Positions 1-6,973 of a stretch of 10,690 nt of DNA are shown here, piece by piece. Source of the stretch: Pedosphaera sp. (GTDB lineage Bacteria > Verrucomicrobiota > Verrucomicrobiia > Limisphaerales > SIBH01); assembly GCA_031414955.1 (NCBI GenBank), contig JANOQV010000229.1, forward strand, positions 1 to 10,690. Reading direction: 5' to 3'. Each line of letters starts with the position of its first letter. Position 1 is the first letter of the stretch. The position numbers and the translations under genes are program-made. The notes under the pieces are model-generated. The model was given only the letters and a program-made list of their open reading frames with translations, was not told where the DNA came from and made no database searches.

Positions 1-90
1 GGCGCAGCAACGCGATAACTCCAGGCGCGTGGGAAAAATCTAGGCCCGCAGGCTGGCACACGTGGCTGCGCCCGAGGACGGGCGCACTCC
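1..90. repeat. REP doublet (REPIN-like), family A; left arm cut by the window edge
   Basis: 65-90 GCTGCGCCCGAGGACGGGCGCACTCC contains an 8-bp hairpin (TGCGCCCG-AGGA-CGGGCGCA) ending in CTCC (GGAG on the minus strand). It is identical to 5195-5220. 1-12 GGCGCAGCAACG is a near reverse complement of 61-72. Confidence 0.8.
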
Positions 91-177
91 AGGGCGGGCA
101 GACTTCGCAGCCCAACCGACTTTTCAGACAGGCTCTCAGTGGAGGGCTACTGGAGACTGCGCGGACCAAGTTTGATA

Positions 178-273
178 GGAGCGCGGACCACCGAGTCCGC
201 GCGATCAAAACTCGGCGAAACATGGGCGGATTTGAAATTCGTATGAACACGCGGACTCGGCGGTCCGCGCTCC
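178..273. repeat. REP doublet (REPIN-like), family B
   Basis: 178-201 GGAGCGCGGACCACCGAGTCCGCG and 250-273 CGCGGACTCGGCGGTCCGCGCTCC are inverted repeats (23/24). Each starts with GGAG followed by a 7-bp hairpin CGCGGAC-n6-GTCCGCG. Confidence 0.85.
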
Positions 274-294
274 GAAGGTTGGAACCACTCATCT

Positions 295-1053
295 TCAAGA
301 GGCACCCCTTCCCAGCACTGCGGCGAGGTGGCGCAGTTCCTCGTCGATCTCCTCCGGGGCGGCGACGGTCTCGGCGATCTCGCGCCGGATTAGTTCACCG
401 AACCGATGGCGCAGGCGATGCACGGCCACGCCCACGGCGGAAGCGGACAGGTTCAGTTCGCGGGCGGCGGCGTTGTAATCACCGCGCCCCGCGTCAGCCT
501 GGAGGTATTCCTTCAACCGGTCGAACTGCGCGGCCTTGCCGGCGGCGTGGAACTCGCCCCGCAGTTTTTCAAAGGCCCGCCCCATCAAGGCCACGGCCCA
601 GCGTCGCTCGAAAATAGACTCGGGCGTCTCGGTGGTGGCCGGTTCGGCGCGGAGAAAACCCTCCTCGGGCTCGGCGTCGAGCGGCACGAAATCCACGCCG
701 CCGCCACGCTTGAGCGCGCCTGTCCGTTGGCGTTCATCGGCGAGAAAATTCTTAAGCGAGGCCAGAAGGAAGGAGCGGAACTTGCCCTTGTGCGGCGCGA
801 CGTTGGCCAGGAAATCCCGGGCCAGCAGCCGCGCGATGAATTCTTGCGTGAGGTCCTGGGCGTCGTGTTCGGCATGGCCGGAGCGGCGGATGAAGGTGTA
901 GAGCGGCGGCCAGTAGGCCTGACAGAGTGACTGGAGTGATTTTTCGGCTTCGGACGATCCTCCGCGCGCGGAGAGCACCACGCTCCAATGCGTGGTGGTG
1001 AACCACTGGTGCGGCTCGTTCGCCGGACTGGCAATTTCGTGTTCGGAAGACAT
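295..1053 (-). CDS. ECF-type RNA polymerase sigma-70 factor (PVC type with N-terminal FxTTxWS motif)
   Basis: 252 aa. Motifs FTTTHWSVV, region 2 YWPPLYTFIRR..DAQDLTQEF..KGKFRSFLL, and region 4 HTH YNAAARELNLSASAVGVAVHRLRHRF. Confidence 0.9.
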   Translation of the reverse strand: MSSEHEIASPANEPHQWFTTTHWSVVLSARGGSSEAEKSLQSLCQAYWPPLYTFIRRSGHAEHDAQDLTQEFIARLLARDFLANVAPHKGKFRSFLLASLKNFLADERQRTGALKRGGGVDFVPLDAEPEEGFLRAEPATTETPESIFERRWAVALMGRAFEKLRGEFHAAGKAAQFDRLKEYLQADAGRGDYNAAARELNLSASAVGVAVHRLRHRFGELIRREIAETVAAPEEIDEELRHLAAVLGRGAS

Positions 1054-1239
1054 CGCCCAACCTGAACCGGGTTGCGTAGTGGCTGGTGGCGGGATAGTTG
1101 CCCACTGCTGAAACGCCTGTCGAGCCTCCCTTCAAGAAGTCATGGAACAGGACGCCGAGGCTGGCCCGAGGTGTGAAGGGGTGGCCATTGTGCGCTCGGA
1201 GTGGGGCTTGAAGCGCCACTCAAAAGAAGCCCGGCAGAT

Positions 1240-1371
1240 TCAAGGCACGAACATGAACTCTGGCGAGTTGACCAGTGCGCACACGGCGTCTTCCATGCGT
1301 TCGCGCCAGGCGGGGGCGAGGCGGGCGGTGCGCTCGGCTTCGAGTTTAATCTTCGTGGCCTCGTTACTCAT
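1240..1371 (-). pseudogene. Duplicated 3' end of the DUF1549/DUF1553 gene, readable as a 43-aa mini-ORF
   Basis: 1240-1363 aligns to 2371-2518 with 7 substitutions and one 24-nt in-frame deletion. ATG at 1371 gives MSNEATKIKLEAERTARLAPAWRERMEDAVCALVNSPEFMFVP*. Confidence 0.85.
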
Positions 1372-1395
1372 CCGTTCAGGATGTTTTCTGGAATT

Positions 1396-1632
1396 CTATA
1401 TTTTATCTTCGGGGATCGGCTCAACATCAGGAACCCTGGCCATGACGCGCAGGAATTCCTCGCGATTTGCCAGTTTGGCGCGGCGCGCGACGTAGCTCTC
1501 GCTTGTCCACGCTCCCAGCTCCTGGGCGACGGCGAGCCGAACCAACTCCTCGACGGTCGTGTTCTCGTTTCGCGCAAGCGTGGCCGCCTGCTCATAGAGC
1601 GCGTCCGGCAAATCTGTTTTTACGCTGATCAT
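1396..1632 (-). CDS. Ribbon-helix-helix (CopG/HicB-like) antitoxin-type protein
   Basis: 78 aa. N-terminal VKTDLPDALYEQAATLARNENTTVEELVRLAV fits an RHH fold. The C-terminal RRAK..REEFLRVMARVPDVEPIPED resembles small antitoxins found next to PIN genes. It starts 7 nt after the PIN stop. Confidence 0.75.
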   Translation of the reverse strand: MISVKTDLPDALYEQAATLARNENTTVEELVRLAVAQELGAWTSESYVARRAKLANREEFLRVMARVPDVEPIPEDKI

Positions 1633-1639
1633 GGTCGTT

Positions 1640-2089
1640 TCAGAAATCCTTCGTCACCGGCTGCTGGAACGGGTTTTGGATTCTTAGGCGGCTCTCCACG
1701 ACCAGACCATGATGCATGTCTTCCGAAAACAGAATCGTGGCGTTGGCGGCGAGCGCCGCCGCAACCACGAGTCCATCCCAAAAGGCGAACTGGCGCTGGC
1801 CGCGTAGCTCCGAAGCGCGCCGCAGCAGGGCCTGATCAAAGGCCACCACTTCATGCCGGGCGTAGAACGAATCGATCAGGTTTTGGATGCGATCTTCGGT
1901 GAACCGGGCCTTGCGCAACAGATTTCGCGAGACTTCGTTGATTACCTGAACGCTGGTGACAACACCCGGCTGCGCCACGACGGACTTTGCCACCGCAGTT
2001 TTCTGCGGGTCACTGCCTTCGATGAAGGCGTAGAGCCAGATGTTGGAATCCACGAAGACGCGCGGATTCGCCGCTGGCTCATCGCTCAT
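1640..2089 (-). CDS. PIN-domain ribonuclease toxin (VapC-like)
   Basis: 149 aa. VFVDSNIWLY, SVQVINE, FAFWDGLVVAAA, LFSEDMHHG and IQNPF give the acidic PIN active-site pattern. Confidence 0.92.
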   Translation of the reverse strand: MSDEPAANPRVFVDSNIWLYAFIEGSDPQKTAVAKSVVAQPGVVTSVQVINEVSRNLLRKARFTEDRIQNLIDSFYARHEVVAFDQALLRRASELRGQRQFAFWDGLVVAAALAANATILFSEDMHHGLVVESRLRIQNPFQQPVTKDF

Positions 2090-2312
2090 AAACCTCGTCG
2101 CGGGTCAGCGGTTTGAAGCCGGCGATTTTGATCGGATGGGCGAGAAGCTGGTCGATCAGGTTCGACCCGTGGCCGTGATGCTTGCTCGTGACGGGCGAAA
2201 GCGTGGCGACTGGCTCGCTGTGTTCGCAAACGGTCAGCGTCTCGCCCGTTTCGCGTATCTGGCGGAGATACTCATCGAGGTGAGTCCCAAGCTCTTTGGA
2301 ATCAACGGTCAT
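2079..2312 (-). CDS. Phd/YefM-like antitoxin
   Basis: 77 aa. ELGTHLDEYLRQIRETGETLTVCEHSEPVATLSP follows the Phd pattern, with a C-terminal FKPLTRDEVYER tail. Overlaps the PIN start by 11 nt. Confidence 0.8.
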   Translation of the reverse strand: MTVDSKELGTHLDEYLRQIRETGETLTVCEHSEPVATLSPVTSKHHGHGSNLIDQLLAHPIKIAGFKPLTRDEVYER

Positions 2313-2318
2313 GGCTGA

Positions 2319-2347
2319 ACCGTAGCGAGGCGAACCGCAGGGGTCAA
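2319..2347 (-). promoter_or_regulatory. Putative sigma-70 promoter of the TA cassette (leaderless arrangement)
   Basis: Minus strand reads TTGACC (2347-2342), 17 nt, TACGGT (2324-2319), 6 nt, ATG (2312). No Shine-Dalgarno sequence. Confidence 0.6.
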
Positions 2348-2370
2348 TTCAAGCGATGTTCGCAAAACAT

Positions 2371-5013
2371 TCACGGCACGAACATGAACTCTGGCGAGTT
2401 GACCAGTGCCCACACGGCGTCTTCCATGCGTTCACGCCAGGCAGGGGCGAGGCGGTCGGTCGGCGGGTCGCCGGCGCGGGCGGCGCGCTCGGCTTCGAGT
2501 TTGATCTTCGTGGCTTCGGGGTGCAGGTGGTTTGACCAGGAGACGGGGCGCGTGGCTTTGCGTGGCTTGGGCGTGGCGCTTTCGCTCACGGCGAGGCGGG
2601 ACTCGAAGCCGTCCTGCAAATAGCTCTCGAACAGTTTTTCCTCGGCGGAGGTGGGCGGACGCGAGGCGAGGCGAAGGAAGGTTTCGCGCGTGAGTTGCGG
2701 AAGCGTCACGTCGCCGCGCGTGGCGAGCGCAGTCAGGGCGCTGTCGTCGGAGAGGCGCGTGATGCGGCCGTTGGCGAGCAGGCCGTTGGCGAGGGCGGCG
2801 GGCTGGAGCACGTTCGGCGAGTCATCGCGCAAGGTCTGCGGGCCTTGGCGGGATTCGCGCCAACCGAAGGTGGTGAGCGTGTCAGAAATCATCTGCGCCC
2901 TCGGCATGGCCAGCGCGGGACGGTCGCGCTCGTTCGAGAGCGAGGCGAATTCCCACGAGTGATACGGTGTGCCGAGGTTGTTGAACTCTTTCACCGGACG
3001 GCGGCCATCCACGTCCATGTTCATTTCCTCGGACTCAAACTTCTTGCCCACGGCGGAGAAGAGGGAATCGACAATCTGCTCGGCGCTCAGGCGGCGGCGC
3101 GCAGGACCGGCGAACAGGCGTTGCTCCGGCCTGTCGCCCGTGTCGGGCCGCGCCTCGCGCTGGTAGGTGTGCGAATTGAGGATGAGCCGCGCAACGTGCT
3201 TGAGGTCGTAATCGTGCGTGGTCAGTTCGCGCGCGAGCCAGTCGAGCAGTTCGGGGTGTGACGCCTTCGCCGTCTCCCAATCATCCACCGGCTCGACGAG
3301 GCCTTTGCCGAGATACTGCTTCCACAAGCGGTTCACGATCACGCGCGCGAAGCGTCCGTTGCGCGGGTCGGTAATGAGAGCGGCCAGCCGTTCGCGCGAA
3401 TCTCCCGCCTTGCGCAAGACACCGGCGGCGAGTTCGTCCGATACGGTGTTGGTCAGGGTCCAGGTGGGTGGAACCTTGGAACCGGGAGCCAGCGTCACCT
3501 TCACGAGTCGGCCCACGACGATATTGGCGTTGGTGGGAATGGAACTGCTCAAGGGCACTTCCTGCGGCGCGCGCTTGAGCATCGCGGCGAGGCTGAACAG
3601 ATCGCGCTGTTTGAAATCGTGATACGGCGCGTCGTGGCAGCGGGCGCACTGCATCTGCATGCCCATGAAACCTTGCGCGATGATCTGCGCCTTCTGGGCC
3701 AGCGGCACGTCGTTCTCAGTGGCGAGGCCGAAGCCGGCCGGCCCGCCGTAGTTCGCGCTGCCCTCCATGAGAATCAGTTCCGTGACAAAGCGGTCCATCG
3801 GCTTGTTGTCGCTAAACGCCTCGTGGACGTACCAGCGGAACGGCCCGGTGTTGTTGAGCATAGGCTTCACGATGCCGGGATTTTCCGCGAGCACGTCCTG
3901 CCAGTAGCTGACCCAGTGGTCAGCCCAGCTTGGATTTTTCAAGTAGCGGTCGATGGCTTGCGCGCGCCGATCCTGAGTGGAGTCCGCGAGGAACTGGTTC
4001 AGCTCCCCGACCAGCGGCGCGCGGCCCACCGTGTCGAGCGCGACGCGGCGAAGAAAGGCGTAGTCGTCGATCAAAGGTGAAGGTTTCGAGTTTGAAGTTT
4101 CGAGTTTCGCGTTGATGAAGCGGTCAATGGCGTCGAGCGCCGTCACGCCTTTGACCGAAGGAATTTTCACGGGCGGCAACTTCGCCGACTGTTCCCGCGC
4201 CCGCTCGTGACGCATGGCCCAATAGCCATCTTCGCTCGCCGCGAGCTTGCGACGCTGGGCGGCGTCGGCTTGCGTGTGGTGCGTGCGCCGCGCCGCGGCG
4301 TAGGGCAGCCATGAATCGTCCGCCAGAGCCACGCGTGGTCCGCCCGCCGGCGCGAGCACGTAAAACATTTCCGCGCCCTTGGCGGCGAGACTCACCGTAA
4401 GTTCGCCCACTTCGGGCCGGCGTTCCTTCAGCCCGATGATCGTCTCGACCACGAGGACGTGCTCGCGGCCGTCGCCGGGCAAACTGGTGATGGACTCGGA
4501 CTGGCCGGCCTGCACGTAGCGCACGTCGGGAGCCAGCGGCAGCGGCACTTCCGGCACCTCCTCGTGTCCGTCCGAACTCAGGCTCTGGAACTTCGTCGCC
4601 AGCACCTGGCGTCCATCGAGGAACACACGCGCGCTGGTGCGGACGCGCAGGAGCAGTTGTTGCTCGCCGGGCGGCAGCGTGACCCGGGCCGAGGCGCGGA
4701 ACAAAAACGGAGCCTTGCGATCCACTTTGATCCCGTGGGCGGAATACTTCGTGGGCAAGACCATGAAGCCGAACGCCGGCTCGGAATAGGTTTCGCTCAC
4801 GGGCGGGTTGGTGAAGGTCCACTTCGCTTCATCGGGCAGGCCTTCGAAAATCTCGACGCGCACGGTGTCGCGCGGCAGGTCGCGCGGCAGGTCGCGCGCG
4901 CGGATGGCGGGCGCGTTGGTCTCAGCGTGCAGGCTGGTCAGAAAAAGAGCAGACGCCAGGGCGAAGAACAGCGCGCCCGGAGCCATCGTAAAATTGCAGC
5001 GGTCACTTTTCAT
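2371..5013 (-). CDS. Exported DUF1549 (PSCyt2) / DUF1553 (PSD1) protein with a CxxCH motif
   Basis: 880 aa. Signal-like N-terminus ALFFALASALFLTSLHA, IDRFINAKL..FLRRVALDTVGRAP, MQCARCHDAPY (3634-3648), and VNRLWKQYLGKGLVEPVDDW..SHPELLDWLA..LILNSHTYQR, ending EDAVWALVNSPEFMF. Confidence 0.9.
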   Translation of the reverse strand: MKSDRCNFTMAPGALFFALASALFLTSLHAETNAPAIRARDLPRDLPRDTVRVEIFEGLPDEAKWTFTNPPVSETYSEPAFGFMVLPTKYSAHGIKVDRKAPFLFRASARVTLPPGEQQLLLRVRTSARVFLDGRQVLATKFQSLSSDGHEEVPEVPLPLAPDVRYVQAGQSESITSLPGDGREHVLVVETIIGLKERRPEVGELTVSLAAKGAEMFYVLAPAGGPRVALADDSWLPYAAARRTHHTQADAAQRRKLAASEDGYWAMRHERAREQSAKLPPVKIPSVKGVTALDAIDRFINAKLETSNSKPSPLIDDYAFLRRVALDTVGRAPLVGELNQFLADSTQDRRAQAIDRYLKNPSWADHWVSYWQDVLAENPGIVKPMLNNTGPFRWYVHEAFSDNKPMDRFVTELILMEGSANYGGPAGFGLATENDVPLAQKAQIIAQGFMGMQMQCARCHDAPYHDFKQRDLFSLAAMLKRAPQEVPLSSSIPTNANIVVGRLVKVTLAPGSKVPPTWTLTNTVSDELAAGVLRKAGDSRERLAALITDPRNGRFARVIVNRLWKQYLGKGLVEPVDDWETAKASHPELLDWLARELTTHDYDLKHVARLILNSHTYQREARPDTGDRPEQRLFAGPARRRLSAEQIVDSLFSAVGKKFESEEMNMDVDGRRPVKEFNNLGTPYHSWEFASLSNERDRPALAMPRAQMISDTLTTFGWRESRQGPQTLRDDSPNVLQPAALANGLLANGRITRLSDDSALTALATRGDVTLPQLTRETFLRLASRPPTSAEEKLFESYLQDGFESRLAVSESATPKPRKATRPVSWSNHLHPEATKIKLEAERAARAGDPPTDRLAPAWRERMEDAVWALVNSPEFMFVP
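4083..4110. repeat. Four heptamer units inside the CDS
   Basis: GTTTCGA GTTTGAA GTTTCGA GTTTCGC, encoding AKLETSNSK on the minus strand. Confidence 0.6.
4867..4898. repeat. In-frame 12-nt tandem repeat
   Basis: GTCGCGCGGCAG twice plus GTCGCGCG, encoding RDLPRDLPRD. Confidence 0.85.
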
Positions 5014-5028
5014 GGTGTGATGGGGTCA

Positions 5029-5056
5029 AGACTACCGAGGCGGGCCTGGCATTCAA
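5029..5056 (-). promoter_or_regulatory. Putative sigma-70 promoter of the DUF1553 gene
   Basis: Minus strand reads TTGAAT (5056-5051), 16 nt, TAGTCT (5034-5029), 15 nt upstream of ATG 5013. Confidence 0.5.
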
Positions 5057-5110
5057 GGTGGGAGTGCCCCGGTGGGGTGGTTGAAAGTGCCGGGCCGGAA
5101 GCCGTCGGGC

Positions 5111-5221
5111 CGGAGTGCGCCCGTCCCGGGGGCAGCCACGTCCGCGCGCACGATGCCTTGGGGAAATTCCCAGCACCTCGCCACGCTCCACCTTGCTGCG
5201 CCCGAGGACGGGCGCACTCCG
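5111..5221. repeat. REP doublet (REPIN-like), family A
   Basis: 5111-5136 CGGAGTGCGCCCGTCCCGGGGGCAGC is an imperfect inverted copy of 5195-5221 GCTGCGCCCGAGGACGGGCGCACTCCG. The right arm matches 65-90 exactly. Confidence 0.85.
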
Positions 5222-5310
5222 GGCCCACCACGATCAATCCCACCCGTGCCCCGGTGGGGCGGTCGAGATTTTACATTGCGCGAGGGCGGCGGTCATGGAT
5301 GTTCCCCGCC

Positions 5311-6879
5311 ATGAAACAAGCACGCAGTGGACCGCCTTCACCGGATGATTTCCAACGGCAACTGGCCCTGTTCATGAAACAGCATTTCCCCGGCGTCACC
5401 AATCCCAAGTTCGCCACGGATGAGTCGGGCGCGGGGGACGGGAGAACTTCGCGTTCCGGCGAGGAGTTCCAGTTTGCCCACAAGCCCCGCGCCGTGAAGG
5501 CTCATCTCGACCGGTTCGTGATCAAGCAGCACGAGGCCAAGAAAGTCCTGAGCGTGGCGCTCTGCGATCATTACAACCAGGTCCGGCTGGCCCGCGCGGG
5601 CCGCAAGACCGCCAACTACGCCAAACAGAACATCATCCTCGTGGGGCCGACCGGTGTGGGCAAAACGTATCTCATCCGCAGCGTGGCTGACTTGATCGGC
5701 GTGCCGTTCGTGAAGGGCGATGCGACCAAGTTCTCCGAGACCGGCTACGTGGGTGGCGATGTGGAAGACCTGGTGCGCGAACTGGTGCGCCGCGCGGACG
5801 GCGACTTGGAGCGCGCGGAACACGGCATTATTTACATCGACGAAATTGACAAGATCGCCGCCTTCGCCACGGGCGCTGGAGGGCGGGACGTGAGCGGGCG
5901 CGGCGTGCAGACCAATCTGCTCAAGCTAATGGAGGAGACGGACGTGGCGGTGCGGGCGCCAAATGACATCGCCGGCCAGATGCAGGCCATGTTGGATTCG
6001 CAACGCGGGGCCGGAGGCGGAAACCCGCCCGAGACGATCAACACCAAGCACATCCTCTTCATCGTCAGCGGCGCGTTTGACGGCTTGCAGAAGATCGTGC
6101 AGCGGCGGTTGCGCGAGAGCGCCATCGGATTCGCCGCACCGGGCGGTTCGTTCGCGGAAGAAGAAGTGTTGGCCGAGGCCCAGACCCGGGATTTCATCGA
6201 TTTCGGATTCGAGCCGGAGTTCATCGGACGCCTGCCCGTGCGTGTGCATTGCCATGCGCTGAAGACGGATGATTTGTTTCAGATCCTAAAAAGCTCCGAA
6301 GGCAGCATCATCCGACAGTACGAACAGGACTTCGCGGCCTACGGCATCGAAGTACTTTTCCAGGATGATGGGCTGCGGCGCATCGCCGAGCTGGCGACCG
6401 AGGAGAAGACGGGCGCGCGCGGCTTGATGACCGTGTGCGAGCGCGTCTTCCGCGATTTCAAGTTTGAGCTGCCGTCCACGGTGGTCAAGCAGGTCGTCAT
6501 CACCCGCGAGTTGGTGGACCAGCCCGCGGCGGCCTTGCGGACACTGCTGGCCGAACAGGCGCGGCAGGAGCACGCGGTGATGGCGCAGGTGGTGAGTGAG
6601 TTTGCCCGGCGTTTCCAGGAGAGCTTCGGCCTGGGGATGAAATTCACCGACGAGGCGGCGGAACATCTGGTCACACTGGCGCTGGAGCAGAACAAGACGG
6701 TGCGCGACCTGTGCGCGGAGAAGTTCAAGGACTTCCAGTTCGGTCTGAAATTGCTCTCGCAGAACACCGCCCAGATCGAGTTCATCATCGACCGAGCCGT
6801 GGTCGAGGCGCCGGAGAAGGCCTTGAGTGCATGGGTGGCCGCGAGCTACCGGCAGAGCGAACGTCCCGCAGGTTTGTAA
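5311..6879 (+). CDS. ClpX-like AAA+ ATPase lacking the N-terminal C4 zinc-binding domain, with a C-terminal extension
   Basis: Start moved to ATG 5311 (MKQARSG; 5299 is also possible), 522 aa. Motifs HLDRFVIKQHEAKKVLSVA, Walker A GPTGVGKT, DATKFSETGYVGGDVE, Walker B IYIDEIDK, RDVSGRGVQ, IGF loop, PEFIGRLP, KTGARGL. Confidence 0.88.
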   Translation: MKQARSGPPSPDDFQRQLALFMKQHFPGVTNPKFATDESGAGDGRTSRSGEEFQFAHKPRAVKAHLDRFVIKQHEAKKVLSVALCDHYNQVRLARAGRKTANYAKQNIILVGPTGVGKTYLIRSVADLIGVPFVKGDATKFSETGYVGGDVEDLVRELVRRADGDLERAEHGIIYIDEIDKIAAFATGAGGRDVSGRGVQTNLLKLMEETDVAVRAPNDIAGQMQAMLDSQRGAGGGNPPETINTKHILFIVSGAFDGLQKIVQRRLRESAIGFAAPGGSFAEEEVLAEAQTRDFIDFGFEPEFIGRLPVRVHCHALKTDDLFQILKSSEGSIIRQYEQDFAAYGIEVLFQDDGLRRIAELATEEKTGARGLMTVCERVFRDFKFELPSTVVKQVVITRELVDQPAAALRTLLAEQARQEHAVMAQVVSEFARRFQESFGLGMKFTDEAAEHLVTLALEQNKTVRDLCAEKFKDFQFGLKLLSQNTAQIEFIIDRAVVEAPEKALSAWVAASYRQSERPAGL

Positions 6880-6973
6880 CCGTCCAGCCAGGCCGCCGCC
6901 GCCCGGAGGTCCTGGATTTCTTGCCGTCCGCCCCGCTGGCCGCGGAGCCTGCCCGCCGCACCCTGGCACCGCC

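Noticed and set aside
1199..1225. Hairpin GAGTGG..CCACTC followed by AAAA as terminator of the minus-strand operon
   Set aside because: On the minus strand the T-run precedes the hairpin, which is the wrong side for an intrinsic terminator. It may be a lone GGAG-type REP remnant.
2040..2318. 92-aa plus-strand ORF and the other antisense or alternate-frame ORFs in the track
   Set aside because: These are shadow ORFs of well-supported genes, expected at high GC content.
1240..2518. Diversity-generating retroelement template/variable repeat pair
   Set aside because: The substitutions are not adenine-specific (A>G, C>T, G>A, T>C twice, G>C, G>T on the coding strand), are mostly synonymous, and no reverse transcriptase is in the window.
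4459..5310. N-terminal extension of the 806-aa ORF
   Set aside because: It overlaps the DUF1553 gene in antisense and runs through REP repeats. ClpX similarity begins only after 5311.
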